Shown here: piece after piece, positions 12,050 through 24,870 of the stretch
How positions within the stretch are numbered: position 1 is the first letter of the stretch
Layout of the letters: every line of letters starts with the position of its first letter
Origin: Chiloscyllium plagiosum
Taxonomy: Eukaryota
NCBI RefSeq assembly: GCF_004010195.1
Contig: NC_057718.1
Span: 65,422,287-65,486,286, forward strand
Direction: 5' to 3'
Length of the DNA: 64,000 bases
Made by a program: the position numbers and the translations under genes
Notes under the pieces: generated by a model
The model's input: the letters and a program-made list of their open reading frames with translations, nothing else
Databases searched by the model: none
Told to the model about the DNA's origin: nothing

Positions 12050-12770
12050 AAATCCAAGTTCCAGTATCCTGTCAACTCAATTAGGAATCTTACATATTTC
12101 AATAAAATCACCCTCATTACTCTAAATACCAAAGAGTATGGGCCTAACTTATTTAACCTTTCATCCCAGAAAGTGATCTAGTGAACATTCATATTCTGCC
12201 ACCAACATGCTCTTTGTGTCCTCAAACCTTGTAATTCCATTCGACTTTTCATACTTAGAAAACTTGGATACATTACTTAGTTTAAGCCATTGATATAGAT
12301 TTAGGTGCCAATACTGACCTTGTAGTGCTCCACTAGGTTGGTAATTTGAAAATGCTACAGTTAGCCCTAGTTCCTATTTACTGTCCATTACGCTGTCTTC
12401 CATCCATGCTAATCCATTATTCCCAATATTATTTTGCTTTATACCTTATCAAATGTCATTTTTAAGAATCCAAATAAACTATATTTACATCCTCGAAAAA
12501 CTTTAAGGCATTTTTGCCAAACAAAACTCCCTTTCACAAAACCCAGATTGATTTTCTGATCAGACTATGATTTTCTAAGTGCATTGTTTAGACAGTCGAA
12601 TAATTGTTTTCAACATTTTTCAAAGAGTGATATCAGTCAATTGACCTGTAATTCTTTCTTTTCTCTTTTCCTTCTTTTTTGAGTTCAGCTTGCTAACTTT
12701 CCATCTGTTCTAGAATCAAGATGATTTTGTAAGATTATCAGAAAATCTGCAATTTGTAGCCAGCTGGTTA
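12050..12770 (-). mobile_element. Highly decayed CR1 fragments
   Basis: Patchy similarity to CR1 RT segments elsewhere in the window. Confidence 0.5.
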
Positions 12771-12782
12771 CTGTTTATGATA

Positions 12783-12953
12783 AGAAAGTAAGGACTGAAG
12801 ATGCTGGTGATCAGAGTCAAGGGTGTGGTGCTGGAAAAGCATAGCAGGTCTGGCAGCATCAAGGAGCAGGAGAACTGACGTTTCAGGCATAAACCTTTCG
12901 ACTAGAAGGGCTGATGCCCGAAACACAATTCTCCTGCTCCTCGGAAGCTGCCT
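12783..12953. mobile_element. Degenerate family A palindromic mini-element
   Basis: Tail-bearing arm (-) then short arm (+), joined inside the hammerhead region. Confidence 0.75.
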
Positions 12954-13858
12954 ACTCTTTACTGTAGTAACTAATTGTATTCCACTGTGAAGACACAAAA
13001 TAATTGTTCAACATCAATTTCTCATGGTAATTTTTCCTCTTTCTGCCTCCTCCCATTCCACTTCATTGAACTCAATCAGCATGTACATTGTTCCTCAAAT
13101 ATTTAATTACCCTAGTTAAATGCATCATTGGTATTTGCCTCAAATACTTGTGGTAGCAAGTTCCATATTCTTATTACTCTGGGAAAAGAGATTTCTCTTA
13201 AGTTCCATCCTGAATTTATTAATAATTGTGACAGGATATATGGAATATATCCTGAAGAGATTTAAAGGCAGTATATTCTCAGGCTCTTGGGGCAGCAGGA
13301 ACTGAAGATACCAGAGTTCAATTTCAGAGCAACCAAGTTTGAACCAATATGCTGGCTACATAAAATCATCAGTACAGTCAAAGATTAAGCTGGTGACTTG
13401 TCTGCCCAGTATCCTTTAAACTAAGCAAACAATTGAGTAAATCTGTTTTACTATTTAATTGTTTACTTGTTAATTTGAAAAAAAATTAATCACTCTTGCA
13501 TCCAGATTGCTCCCTTTAAGGTCACAAAATCTGTTATGACTTTTACAATAAAATGAAATAAACTTTCTGCTATGTCAGGTGAGCTGGTATTTTGCAAACA
13601 TAGTTTATCATCATCATCACCTTCACTTTCCTAATGTGCAAATAGAAAAATACTGCTCTGTACCAAGCAATTAATCAAAAGAATTAAATAGAATGCAGTT
13701 TCCATCTCTATAAAACTGTAATTCTCCCTTAAACTTAATGATATACATAATGTATTAGGAAGTTTGGAAAACTGTACACGGGGGTTTAGAAATTCTAAAA
13801 TCCTCTGAGACTTCAGAATGTACTAATTAACTGGCAGTAAAATTCTCAAAAGGTTATT

Positions 13859-13880
13859 TCTTCCAGCAACACATTTTCAG
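13859..13880 (+). mobile_element. About 22 nt family A micro-insertion
   Basis: ttccagcaacacattttcag flanked by caaaaggtt(a/t)tt at 13847-13858 and 13881-13892. Confidence 0.65.
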
Positions 13881-14018
13881 CAAAAGGTTTTTATAGCCCA
13901 TTATACTTACTTGAAGACAATCTGCAGAGCTTTTTTTTCTCCTTTGTTCTGGTCAATCTATGTTCTTTAATCATCATCAAAATACATTTAGTAGTCAGTA
14001 TCATGGTTGTTGTGAAAC

Positions 14019-14521
14019 TATGAGAAGTTTGGTGGGTGCGGCTGTCCCAGAGATGTTCTCTGAAACACCCACCAACCCAACTGCCCTGTGGTTGAACACT
14101 TCAACACCCCCTCCCACTCCATCAAGGACATGCAGGTCCTGAGCCTCCTCCAGCACCAAACCGTTACCACTGAACACCTGGAGGAGGAACGCCTTGGGAC
14201 CCTGCAACCACACGGGATAAACGTGGATTTCAACAGTTTCCTCATTCCCCCTCCCCTCACATTATCCCAGTCCCAAGGCTGCAACTCGTCACCACCCTCC
14301 AGACCTTCTATCACTCCCCCTCTGATCTATCACCTTCTCCCTCACCTTTATCCACCTATCACTTTTCAGCTACCCGCCCCACCCACTCCCTCCCATTTAT
14401 CGCTCAGCCCCGGCCCACAAGCCTCATTCCTCATGAAGGATTTATGCCTGAAGCGTCGATTCTCCTGCTCCTCGGATGCTGCCTGACCTGCTGTGCTTTC
14501 CCAGCAAAACACTCTCAATTC
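14019..14521 (+). mobile_element. Penelope-like family A 3' fragment with short 5' inversion
   Basis: VEHFNTPSHSIKDMQVL...GTLQPHGINVDF endonuclease C-terminus, degenerate hammerhead, TSD ttgttgtgaaac at 14007-14018 and 14522-14533. Confidence 0.85.
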
Positions 14522-15423
14522 TTGTTGTGAAACGCTGTTCTGCTTCATCCAGTATATACCCAGATGGTTATACTCGAGAAGAACTTCAACTATAAAAGGG
14601 CTCTATGGCATCCTGAAGTTGTGAAATGTGTTAATAACTGCAAGTTATTAAAGTTGACATAGTATCCTTTATCTTTCAAAAAAATACAGTTTTCATAAAA
14701 CTTGAAAGAAAAACACAACAAGAACAATTGACTTGAATATTACAGAATTTACTACAAAATTCTACTTGTCCCAATATAGTATGTTCCATTCCATATGATT
14801 GTCAGAGTCTTAACATTTACGAAATACACGCCAGTGTATAGCCTGAGGGAAAAACATTTCGAACATTTCATAAAATGTGCTTCCATTTCATTTTTCAAAG
14901 AAAAGCTGGAGAGTTTCTTTTTCCTAATCCTGCCACTGTAAGTGAAGACACAAAAAGTAGATTGTAGCTACTTATGTTGGTCTTAATCTTACTTTTTTGA
15001 CTAAGTGTCAGTGGCATTGAAGTTATAGGAAACGTTTTCACTCTGAGACTGAGTGAGATTTCTCGCTGTATCTTACCAAATGTGCCTCATTAACTACCTA
15101 GCCTATCTTTAGGACAGCCCTCATGTTTAATTCTATCCCAACCTTACCGTGTGCTGTTCCAGAAAGAAGTCACCACTCATTGGACATCTGCAAACAACTA
15201 GCATCCCTGGCACCCATGCCATCTTTGAAAGGCCACTGTGCACCCTGACAGAATTACCAATGTGGTTTTGCCCTTCAATGTAATGGCACAGCGGTCACAG
15301 GTCTGTGCTGCTCCTTGCACATAGCCAGCAGTGCTGATACTCATACTTCATTTGCTCACCCTCGCTGTCTTTTAATCATTATGCCATATACTTTCTTGTC
15401 TGTAGCAACATCCTGTCTATATG

Positions 15424-15525
15424 TGGTTGGTTGCTCAGTTGGCTGGATAGCTGGTTTGTGATGCAGAGTGATGCCAACAACACAGGTTCAATTCCTGCAC
15501 CGGCTGAAGTTATCATGAAAGACTG
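15424..15525 (+). mobile_element. Short tRNA-derived SINE head
   Basis: Box A-like tgctcagttgg and box B ggttcaattcc. Confidence 0.55.
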
Positions 15526-16132
15526 AATGAAAGTGCTGTATGTTTGCCACACAGGCAGGTGCCACATGCTGTAGGTGTTAGATTGTCTCAGTGTACCATA
15601 CAGTGAGACATTTTTCCATCCCACCTTCTAGACAGATCCCTGCTGTCAAACATGACAAGTTGCCTTGTCTGTGTTGTTACAAAACAGGGATTGCAATCCA
15701 GGCCACATCAGACTCGTTAACACTGGATTTGCAACACAGTTAAATTAAACCATTCAATAGCACTCAAAATTGCTCCTGACCAGACATAACAAATGATACA
15801 CCAAATTTCTGTTTCAGTTACAAATTAACAATTTGTTATTAGCAATGTAACTTCAGCAAAACACAGATAAGCAATCTACTTAATATCTATGATCTGAGCT
15901 CAATCTTCTTGAACGAGAACAGCCACACACACCAACAGTCTGACAGATGCAGAGTTAAGGGATAAACTAAAAAAAAAACAAAGAATTGTAATTTGTCTAT
16001 TTAGCAGTTTCATGATTGATATCGGGCCTTCAGAAATCCTTGATTAATAGAGTTGTTTACAGGCAAGTGAACTAAATGTCCGAAGTCAATGCAAATATAT
16101 CCAGCAGCCCTCCATGTTTATTACAGAGGAAC

Positions 16133-16460
16133 TTAGGAATTAGGAATGGGGGAATAAGCAATTCAGTCCTTCAAGCCTGCTCTGCCATTTGACATGATCA
16201 TAGCTGATTTTATCCTGGTATCAACTCCATTTTCCTACCTACACCCCACAGCCCCTTAACATCCTTTTCAGCAGAAACGTATCTATTTCTTTCTTGAATC
16301 TGTTGATTGATTCTGCCTCGACTGCACTAGCTCCTCTCACTCAATAACTATGACTTCTTGTTCAAGACTACCTCACAAAAGGAAACAGTTGTTCAATGTC
16401 TACCGTATCAATCCCTTTTAACATTTTATATACATTTAATTCACCCACTTCTTACTGAAA
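16133..16460 (-). mobile_element. Decayed CR1 3' end
   Basis: Reverse-strand similarity to the 3' end of the old CR1 at about 42.8 kb. Confidence 0.55.
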
Positions 16461-16663
16461 GGTATTTTCTTTTCAGAACCACTAACAAGTCAACAACTGC
16501 AGAGAAGACTAATGACAGTGAGACAGCAAAACAGCAGCACCATCATCCAGAAGCTGTTTCCAAAACACACTCACAGCTTGAAAGCTCTATCAGAACTTGT
16601 TGACTTTTTTCCTCTCATTACCCACATTTTCTACTTGACTGGCTAGCTGGACTGACCAATTCA

Positions 16664-16977
16664 TTAGATTAGATTAGATTACAGTGTGGTAACAGGCCCT
16701 TCGGCCCAACAAGTCCACACCGACCCGCCGAAGCGAAACCCACCCATACCCCTACATTTACCCCTTACCTAACACTACGGGCAATTTAGTATGGCCAATT
16801 CACCTAACCTGCACATCTTTGTGACTGTGGGAGGAAACCGGAGCACCCGGAGGAAACCCACGCAGACACGGGGAGAACGTGCAAACTCCACACAGTCAGT
16901 CGCCTGAGTCGGGAATTGAACCCGGGTCTCTGGTGCTGCGAGGCAGCAGTGCTAACCACTGTGCCACCGTGCCGCCC
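16664..16977 (-). mobile_element. HE1-like SINE (young)
   Basis: Near-identical to 51581-51895; A/B boxes, retained CpGs, (AATCT)n tail. Confidence 0.95.
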
Positions 16978-17859
16978 AAAATTCAACATCCAACCAATTG
17001 AGAGTCCTGAGTCTAAAACATTTTGGTCCTGTAGAAAAATTAAAGAAAAACAGGAGGGCACTGCTTGTCACTGGCCACTTGGTGTTTCCTTTCTTCCTGG
17101 TGGTGGAAATTGAATAAGGATTTGCACAGCTGTTGTCTTTCACTGTGTCTCACACCTGCGCACACACACAACATGGGTGCTGGGGGAAAAAAGAAAAAAG
17201 AAAAAAAAGAGAAAAAAAAAGAGAGGGAAAAAAGTTACCAGGAAGGAGATTTTAGAATCTCCTCAGTTCAGGGAACTGACTCTGTGCTGGCTTGTGCTAC
17301 AGTCAGTGTGCTCCTTCTGGTGCTGAGGAGGAGAAGAGTTTCTTTCTCTTTTAAAAAACAAAACAAAAATCTTGGTCCTGAAATGTTGTAGTGTTCTTAG
17401 GACAATAATTAACCTGCAATTATCTTCCCAGGCCAGTTCCCATAAGCAAACATTGATTTGTATGCTCTGTCTTCCTTTGCAAAACAAGGTGGTGCTCAAA
17501 GTTCAATTTTCAACTTCACCTCCCAGTTCCAAGCCAAAAAGGAGCAAAATAAAGAAAAAAAGTGATGGTCTCAATACTGTGTTTGTGCTACATAGCACCT
17601 TAACACATGGTATTTTGACTCTGTCTGAAACAGCAACACACTAACAAAAATGGTAAGACAAGGTGTTGCAGGTTTGTAGGTAGTCACTAAGTGAGCCAAG
17701 GAGCAGCTCTGAATCGTAGTCAGGTCCAATCTGTGAGCTGGGTGCCTTTCCCTGTCTGCAAAATATTCATGCAGCAGCCTTTCAGTGCTAGTTACTGATG
17801 CACCCTGCAATGCAATTCTGTGCTTCCTAAGCACCTTGCAGAAACGGCTATCAGAAGGA

Positions 17860-18099
17860 GGCATCATTTTAAGATATTTGGAGGAAGGTTTAGGGGAGAT
17901 GTCAGATGTTGGTACTTTACACAGAGTGAGAGATGTGTGGAATGCATTGCCAGTGGTGGGATATTTAGGCAACTCTTAGATAGGCACATGGATGATAGTA
18001 AATTGAAGGGTTTGTAGGTTAGATAGATCTTAGAGTAAGATAAAAGGTCGGCACAACATCAAGGGCCAAAGGGCCTGTACTGTGCTGTGCTGTTCTATG
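17860..18099 (+). mobile_element. CR1 3' end
   Basis: RV..VWNALP motif; ends ctgtgctgttctatgt. Confidence 0.8.
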
Positions 18100-18139
18100 T
18101 AATCACGCAATTTTCCTACCCTCTGACTTGCTCTTATTG

Positions 18140-18851
18140 CTGGACAGAACACCCCTGGTCCTCACCTTCCACCCCACCAACCTCCACTTACATCACATCA
18201 TCCTCCACCATTTCCATTACCTACAAACGGACTACACCACCACAGATATATAATTCCCTCCCCACCCCTATCCGCTTGTTCCCTCCTTGACTACCTGGTC
18301 AGGTCCACGACCTCCCCCACCCCCCCAACCAACTCACCTTCCTGTCCCGGCACCTTCCCTTTCCATTGCAGGAATCACAAAACCTGCACCCACACCTCCC
18401 TCCTCACCACCATCCAGGGCCACAAAGGAGCCTTCCACATCCAAAGTTTCACCTGCACTTCCACACATTTCATTTACTGTATCAGTTGCTCCTGATGCAG
18501 TCTCCTCTACATTGGGGAGAGTGGACGCCTACTCATAGAACTATTCAGAGTAAATCTCCGAACACCCGCACCAACCAACCCCACTGTCCTGTGGCTGAAC
18601 ATTTCAACTCCGAGGACATGCAGGTCCTTGGCCACCTCTATCGCCGCTCCCTTACCACCCGACACCTGGAGGAAGAATGCCTCATTTTCTGCCTTGGGAG
18701 CCTTCAACCCCAGGGCATCAATGTGGATTTCACCAGTTTCCTCATTTCCCCTCCCCCCACCTTCCTGATGAAGGGCTTTTGCCCGAAACATCGATTTTCC
18801 TGCTCCTTGGATGCTGCCTGTCCTGCTGTGCTTTTCTAGCGCCACTCTGAT
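18140..18851 (+). mobile_element. Penelope-like (Neptune-type) family A fragment with GIY-YIG domain
   Basis: Encodes TCTSTHFIYCISCS*CSLLYIGESGR (IY...YIG) preceded by a Cys/His cluster; hammerhead at about 18763-18793; TSD cttgctcttattg at 18127-18139 and 18852-18864. Confidence 0.9.
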
Positions 18852-19270
18852 CTTGCTCTTATTGTTAGTTCAGTTCAGTTTCTAGGTAATATTTTGGGAC
18901 TTTACTTTAAAATTGGCTCATTTAAGTGGATTTTTTTTATTGATGACAAGAAAAAAAAAGCCATGACAGCTGTGCCAATTCCCAATTGTCTAAATCCCTA
19001 TTTTACACTGTATATATGAAAGGAAGGGAATACACAATGTACTGAAGATCTCGTAGTGTCTAAAGTACAAAATATGCACAGGTGAATTTTAAAAAAAATT
19101 TGAATTCCATTCAAACCCATTTCCAACCTCTGGAAATATTCAGGAAGATGACACCTAAACCACTGAAGGAGGTGGGTGGAACATTTCAATATTATAATGA
19201 GGCTGGATGTCTCATATCTAACCTGTCTTCCAGAGTTGAACTGATCAGCCATGTACCAAACAATGGACTT

Positions 19271-19520
19271 ATGAGCTGAAAATGTGTTGCTGGAAAAGTG
19301 CAGCAGGTCAGGCAGCATCCAAGGAACAGGAGAATCGATGTTTCGGGCATAAGCCCTTCTTCAGGAATGAGGCTGGAAGCCTCAGGGGTGGATCCTGAAG
19401 AAGGGATTATGCCCGAAACGTGGATTCTCCTGTTCCTTGGATGCTGCCTGACCTGCTGCACTTTTCCAGCAACACATTTTCAGCTCTGATCTCCAGCATC
19501 TGCAGTCCTCACTTTCCCCT
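19271..19520. mobile_element. Family A palindromic mini-element with two head-to-head hammerhead motifs
   Basis: Arms about 19274-19374 (-) and 19393-19520 (+); TSD caatggactt at 19261-19270 and 19521-19530. Confidence 0.9.
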
Positions 19521-19529
19521 CAATGGACT

Positions 19530-20263
19530 TGTAAGGCACGCTGGGAAATTGAGGCAGACCTTGGCCAAAGTTACTGTGCTCAAAGACTCTGAAATAAACA
19601 AGGTGCAGAACCCAGACAAGCTGCAGCTACACTCGACAGTATACAATTGACCCAGGAGCTGCAGACAATACAATATACACTTGAATTTGAATTGAATGGA
19701 ATTGACCTGAATGCCATCCCCAGGGTAATTGAAAACATGGATTTGTTTAATGGACAAAAAAGCGCCTCACACCCTTATTTGGAAAGGGCTACCTGACCTA
19801 CGTGTCCCCAACAGCTCCAGGAATGGATGCCCAAGGGCCACCCTGGCATCAACATGTCGATGCCTGATTGGGTCCGATCGATCAGGATGTTTGAATCCTG
19901 ATTGATCTTTTGGTGGATATTGAAGACCTCCCAAAAGGATGCAAAGACTTCCAAGTATAAGATTCACCACAACACCACCCTCAGCAGCGGTAACCTGAGA
20001 CCAACCAATGAGAAGAGAAGACACCCCTGGTGCCACCAGGACAATTATCGGCTTGCGGATCAAGGTCAAGATCTAGTGTGGTGGTATATGATCATCCAGG
20101 ATTAAATTAAAGCACAAGATATTTGATTAGATTTATAGTGTAGATTGTTAAGTTGTATAGTATTTTTATTCTAATATCAATTGCATTAATAATAAGTGAT
20201 AATATTTATTTGTTTAAGAGTTGACTTGCAGTTTCTTTGCTAATTATTAGAGTTAAACTTACA
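19530..20263 (+). mobile_element. Possible solo LTR
   Basis: TGTAAG...CTTACA termini and an AT-rich U5-like end; no TSD found. Confidence 0.4.
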
Positions 20264-20298
20264 GTGTGACAGGCACAGTAAGGTTTCTACAAACATGG

Positions 20299-20817
20299 AC
20301 ACACGTACCAAACAACCCCACTACCCCATGGCTGACTACTTCAATGCCCCACTTCAATTCCCACTCGCCAAGGACATGCAAGTCCTGGGTTTCTGCTACC
20401 ACCAAATCTTTGCTACCCGACACTTGGAGGAAGAATGCCTCATCTTCCGCCTTGGGACCCTCCAACCACATGGTATCATTGATTTCACCAGTTTCCCCAT
20501 CTCCCCTTCCCCAACCTTGTTGCAGATCCAACCCTCCAACTTGGCACCACCCTCTTGAACTTCTTCCACTTGCCCATCTTCCTTCCCAACTATCCGCTCC
20601 ATCTTATCACCGTATCACCCCCTACCTGCACTACCTATTGCCTTCCAAGCAACCTTTCCACCCAGCTCTACTCCTCTCCCATTTATCTCTCAGCCCCCTT
20701 GGGCCCTCCACTCCCCACCATTCCTGATGAAGGGTCTATGCCTGAAACATAGATGCTCCTGCTTCTCAGATGCTGCCTGACCTGCTGTATTTTTCCAGCG
20801 CCACACTTTTTGATTCT
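20299..20817 (+). mobile_element. Penelope-like family A 3' fragment
   Basis: KDMQVLG...RHLEEECLIFRLGTLQPHGI; degenerate hammerhead at about 20724; TSD gtttctaca(a/g)acatgg at 20283-20298 and 20818-20833. Confidence 0.85.
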
Positions 20818-20867
20818 GTTTCTACAGACATGGCAGCTAAAGATATGCAAGGCAAGCTTTTGTGGAA

Positions 20868-20988
20868 ATATTAAGTGGAAATATGGAGGATAGTGGGTTA
20901 GTATAGGTTAGGTGGGCTTGGATCGGCGCAACATCGAGGGCCAAAGGGCCTGTACTGCGCTGTATTCTTCTATGTTCTATGTTCTATG
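20868..20988 (+). mobile_element. CR1 extreme 3' end
   Basis: (TTCTATG)n terminal repeat. Confidence 0.8.
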
Positions 20989-21194
20989 CCTCTGTAACAC
21001 TGTTTCTGGACAATTCGCACCTCTGTCCTGTCCTGCTCACTTTAAAAACACTAGATCTAAAGACACTCCCATTTCCCTGCAAAGGATAGGGGATCATCCC
21101 ATTTAAAGGATTGGACAACCCTCCAGTTAATTATTAATAAGCCCACCCCAACGTAAGGTCCAATCCTTAACAGCTCTCTATCATGGAATCACTA

Positions 21195-21527
21195 GAATCG
21201 TGGAAGCCCTACAGTGTGAAGCAGGCCATTCAGTCCATACTGACCCTCTGAAGACCATCCCACACCAGACCCACCACTACCGTATCCCTATAATCCTGCA
21301 TTTCCCATAACTAATCCATGTAGCCAGCTGATCCCTCGACACTATGTGCAACTTAGTATGGCCAATCCGCCTTTGGATTGTGGGAGAAAATTGGAGCACC
21401 CAAAGGAAACTCACACAGACACAAAGAACATGAAAACCCCACACAGACAGTCATCCAAGGATGGAATTGAACCCGGGTCCATGGCGCTGTGAGACAGCAG
21501 TGCTAACCCACTGAGCCACCATGTCAC
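21195..21527 (-). mobile_element. Older HE1-related SINE
   Basis: Box B ggttcaattcc on the minus strand and a degenerate V-SINE core. Confidence 0.75.
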
Positions 21528-22518
21528 CGAAACCCAGCTCAAAGCATACTTCTTATTCTCCAGGCATGTTGCCTGGAGTATTCCCAGCTTGGCAGGGAGC
21601 AGCTTGTCCAAAAGGCTGTGTTTAATGTGGAGAACTAGCTGGAGAATAATATCTGCACATCATCAAGGAGTCAAAACTCCTCATACTGCAACATAGCCTG
21701 GAATTCTTTTGGAAAATTCCTCATGCCATGCTCACTAGACACGGACCAGGACCAGGGATAACAGTTCATGCTGCAAAAAATACAGATGTGCAGAGGACCC
21801 ATCAGGAACCTGGGCATTCAGTTAAATATTTTAGTGATGGCATATGACTCTGACTTTATCCCCGCTTGACTTTGGGAGTCCTGGTAAATGAGGGATGCTT
21901 CATAGAGTAGGGAAATGTCCTTATAACACAGCTTCCGGGGTAACTGGAATATACCTTGCTTTCAGTTTTGCTGGTCAATACTGACCACCTATCCCATAGT
22001 AGACAACTCTTTCCAAGATACAAACACTGCTCCAGGATAGGCCCGACCCCAAGATTTAGACCCACTCCAGGATCACAGCCACACCCCAGACTTCCTCTCA
22101 TATCAAACACTCATCAGCACACCCCAACAACAGGTTTTGCCACCCTCCATTCCACACCTACAGAAAAGGCCATTCAACTTGATTCCCAATTAGAGTGGAC
22201 CTTGCACCCCGAAGATCAGCCACCCAGTCAAGATCCAAGCCAACCTCGAGATTAACAAACACGTACAGTACTTGTGTCATTACCCAACTTCTCAGTTGCA
22301 GACTTTTAACCTGCTCCTGTCCTGAATTTTGCAGTTAACTGTCCTAGCACTATTAATCAGGCTGCTGTCGGGACAGCAAAGATGTTGAAGATGGATAACA
22401 TCCACTGTGGTGTCAAATAGTCACAGAAAGTGGGTAAAATCAGACTTCCACAACTATTTCACTCAGTCAGAAAATCACAAAGTGAAGACGTAAGCTCTTG
22501 GTAGAACTATCACACATA

Positions 22519-24003
22519 AATCCAAAGGGTTTTTACGAATATATTAAGGACAAAAGGGTAACGAGGGAGAAAATAGGGCCCCTCAAAGATCAGCAAGGTG
22601 GCCTTTGTGTGGACCCATAGAAAATAGGGGAGATACTAAATAAATATTTTGCATCAGTATTTACTGTGGAAAAGGATATGGAAGATATAGACTGTAGGGA
22701 ACTAGATGGTGACATCTTGCAAAATGTCCAGATTACAGAGGAGGAAGTGCTGGAGTCTTGAAACAGTTAAAGGTGGATAAATCCCCAGGACCTGATCAGG
22801 TGTACCCGAGAACTCTGTGGGAAGCTAGAGAAGTGATTGCTGGGCCTATTGCTGAGATATTTGTATCATCGATAGTCACAGGTAAGGTGCCGGATGACTG
22901 GAGGTTGGCAAACGTGGTGCCACTGTTTAAGAAGGCCGGTAAACACAAGCCAGGGAACTATAGACCGGTGAGCCTGACCTCGGTGGTGGGCAAGTTGTTG
23001 GAGGGAATCCTGAGGGACAGGATGTACGTATATTTGGAAAGGTAAGGACTGATTCGGGATAATCAACATGGCTTTGTGCGTGGGAAATCATGTCTCACAA
23101 ACTTGATTGAGTTTTTTGAAGTAACAAAGAGGATTGATGAGGGCAGAGCAGTAGATGTGATCTATATGGACTTCAGTAAGGCATTCGACAAGGTTCCCTA
23201 TGGGAGACTGATTAGCAAGATTAGATCGCATGGAATACAGGGAGAACTAGCCATTTGGATACAGAACTGGCTCAAAGGTAGAAGACAGAGGGTGGTGGTG
23301 GAGGGTTGTTTTTCAGACTGGAGGCCTGTGACCAGTGATTAGCACAAGGATCGGTGCTGTGTCCTCTACTTTTTGTCATTTACATAAATGATTTGGATGN
23401 NNNNNNNNNNNNNNNNNNNNNNNNNNNNNNNNNNNNNNNNNNNNNNNNNNNNNNNNNNNNNNNNNNNNNNNNNNNNNNNNNNNNNNNNNNNNNNNNNNNN
23501 NNNNNNNNNNNNNNNNNNNNNNNNNNNNNNNNNNNNNNNNNNNNNNNNNNNNNNNNNNNNNNNNNNNNNNNNNNNNNNNNNNNNNNNNNNNNNNNNNNNN
23601 NNNNNNNNNNNNNNNNNNNNNNNNNNNNNNNNNNNNNNNNNNNNNNNNNNNNNNNNNNNNNNNNNNNNNNNNNNNNNNNNNNNNNNNNNNNNNNNNNNNN
23701 NNNNNNNNNNNNNNNNNNNNNNNNNNNNNNNNNNNNNNNNNNNNNNNNNNNNNNNNNNNNNNNNNNNNNNNNNNNNNNNNNNNNNNNNNNNNNNNNNNNN
23801 NNNNNNNNNNNNNNNNNNNNNNNNNNNNNNNNNNNNNNNNNNNNNNNNNNNNNNNNNNNNNNNNNNNNNNNNNNNNNNNNNNNNNNNNNNNNNNNNNNNN
23901 NNNNNNNNNNTGGGACTAGATTGGGTTAGGATATCTGGTCAGCATGGATGGGTTGGACCGAAGGGTTTGTTTCCATGCTGTACATCTCTATGACTCTGAC
24001 TCT
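22519..24003 (+). mobile_element. CR1/HER1 LINE ORF2 fragment spanning a gap
   Basis: KSPGPDQVYPR, GNYRPVSLTS, YMDFSKAFDKVP, LFVIYINDLD; ends ctctatgactctgactcta. Confidence 0.95.
23400..23910. other. Assembly gap
   Basis: Run of N. Confidence 1.
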
Positions 24004-24489
24004 AAATCAATGGGTTGGCATCAGAATAGAAATTAAAGTTTAAGAAATCTGAAATCTGACCCCAGAATGTTTCCACCCCACTCACTGTCATATTTAATGC
24101 CAGAAAAATAACCTCAATGTTCAAGGTTTGGTCTCCCCAGGATCCCGATGACAATCCCAGCTTCAGGCAACACCTGCCCAGGTCTTTGATCATTGTCTCA
24201 TGCCTGAGTTTTGCGTTCAGGGTTCAAACCCATTAGGCTGAGGATGGGTCTTATCCTGGGATTGGCTCACACCACACAATTTGGTATCAGAATTCTTCTC
24301 AGAAGTGATATCCTTTCCAGGGATCTGATCCTACCAAGTGCTGGACTGGACCTACTGACTTCTGTAACTGCTCCAAAGTCCTTCCTCGCTGGTTCAAAGC
24401 CAGGCCTGTCAATCAAGCCTGAACTCTGGATGGGGCAAATGGTCAAGTACGCAAAACACATGCTGTGGAGTTAAAACACCACAGCCTGC

Positions 24490-24870
24490 AGAGTCATAGA
24501 GTTTTGAAATCCCCTACCAAGAAAAAGACCTTTGCTAGTCATCATATCTATGCCCCTTGTGATTTTATAAACCTTTGTAAGATCATCCCTCAACCTTCTA
24601 TGCTCCAATAAAAATAGGCCCAGCCTCTCCCACAACTCAAACCCTCCACTCCTGATAATATTCTTGTAAAGCTATTTTGTAAACTCTCCAATTTAATAAT
24701 ATCCTTCCTATAGCAGGCAACCAGAACTATATACAGTACTCCATAAATGGCCACACTAACAACTTTTCTGATGTAACATCCCAACTCCAAACTCAATGGT
24801 CTGAGTAACCCTGTCTATCTGTGACCCAACTTTCAACAAATTATGTACTTGAATCCCTAGGTCTCTATCT
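24490..24870 (-). mobile_element. Decayed CR1/HER1 3' fragment
   Basis: YRKDIIKLE..Q..FTRIL peptide. Confidence 0.75.

Noticed and set aside
16920..16977. tRNA gene
   Set aside because: The A/B boxes belong to the HE1 SINE head; there is no complete cloverleaf and a SINE body follows
19271..19520. DNA-transposon MITE interpretation of the palindromes
   Set aside because: The arms are asymmetric, TSDs are long and variable, centres differ per copy, and the arms equal the 3' ends of GIY-YIG retroelements
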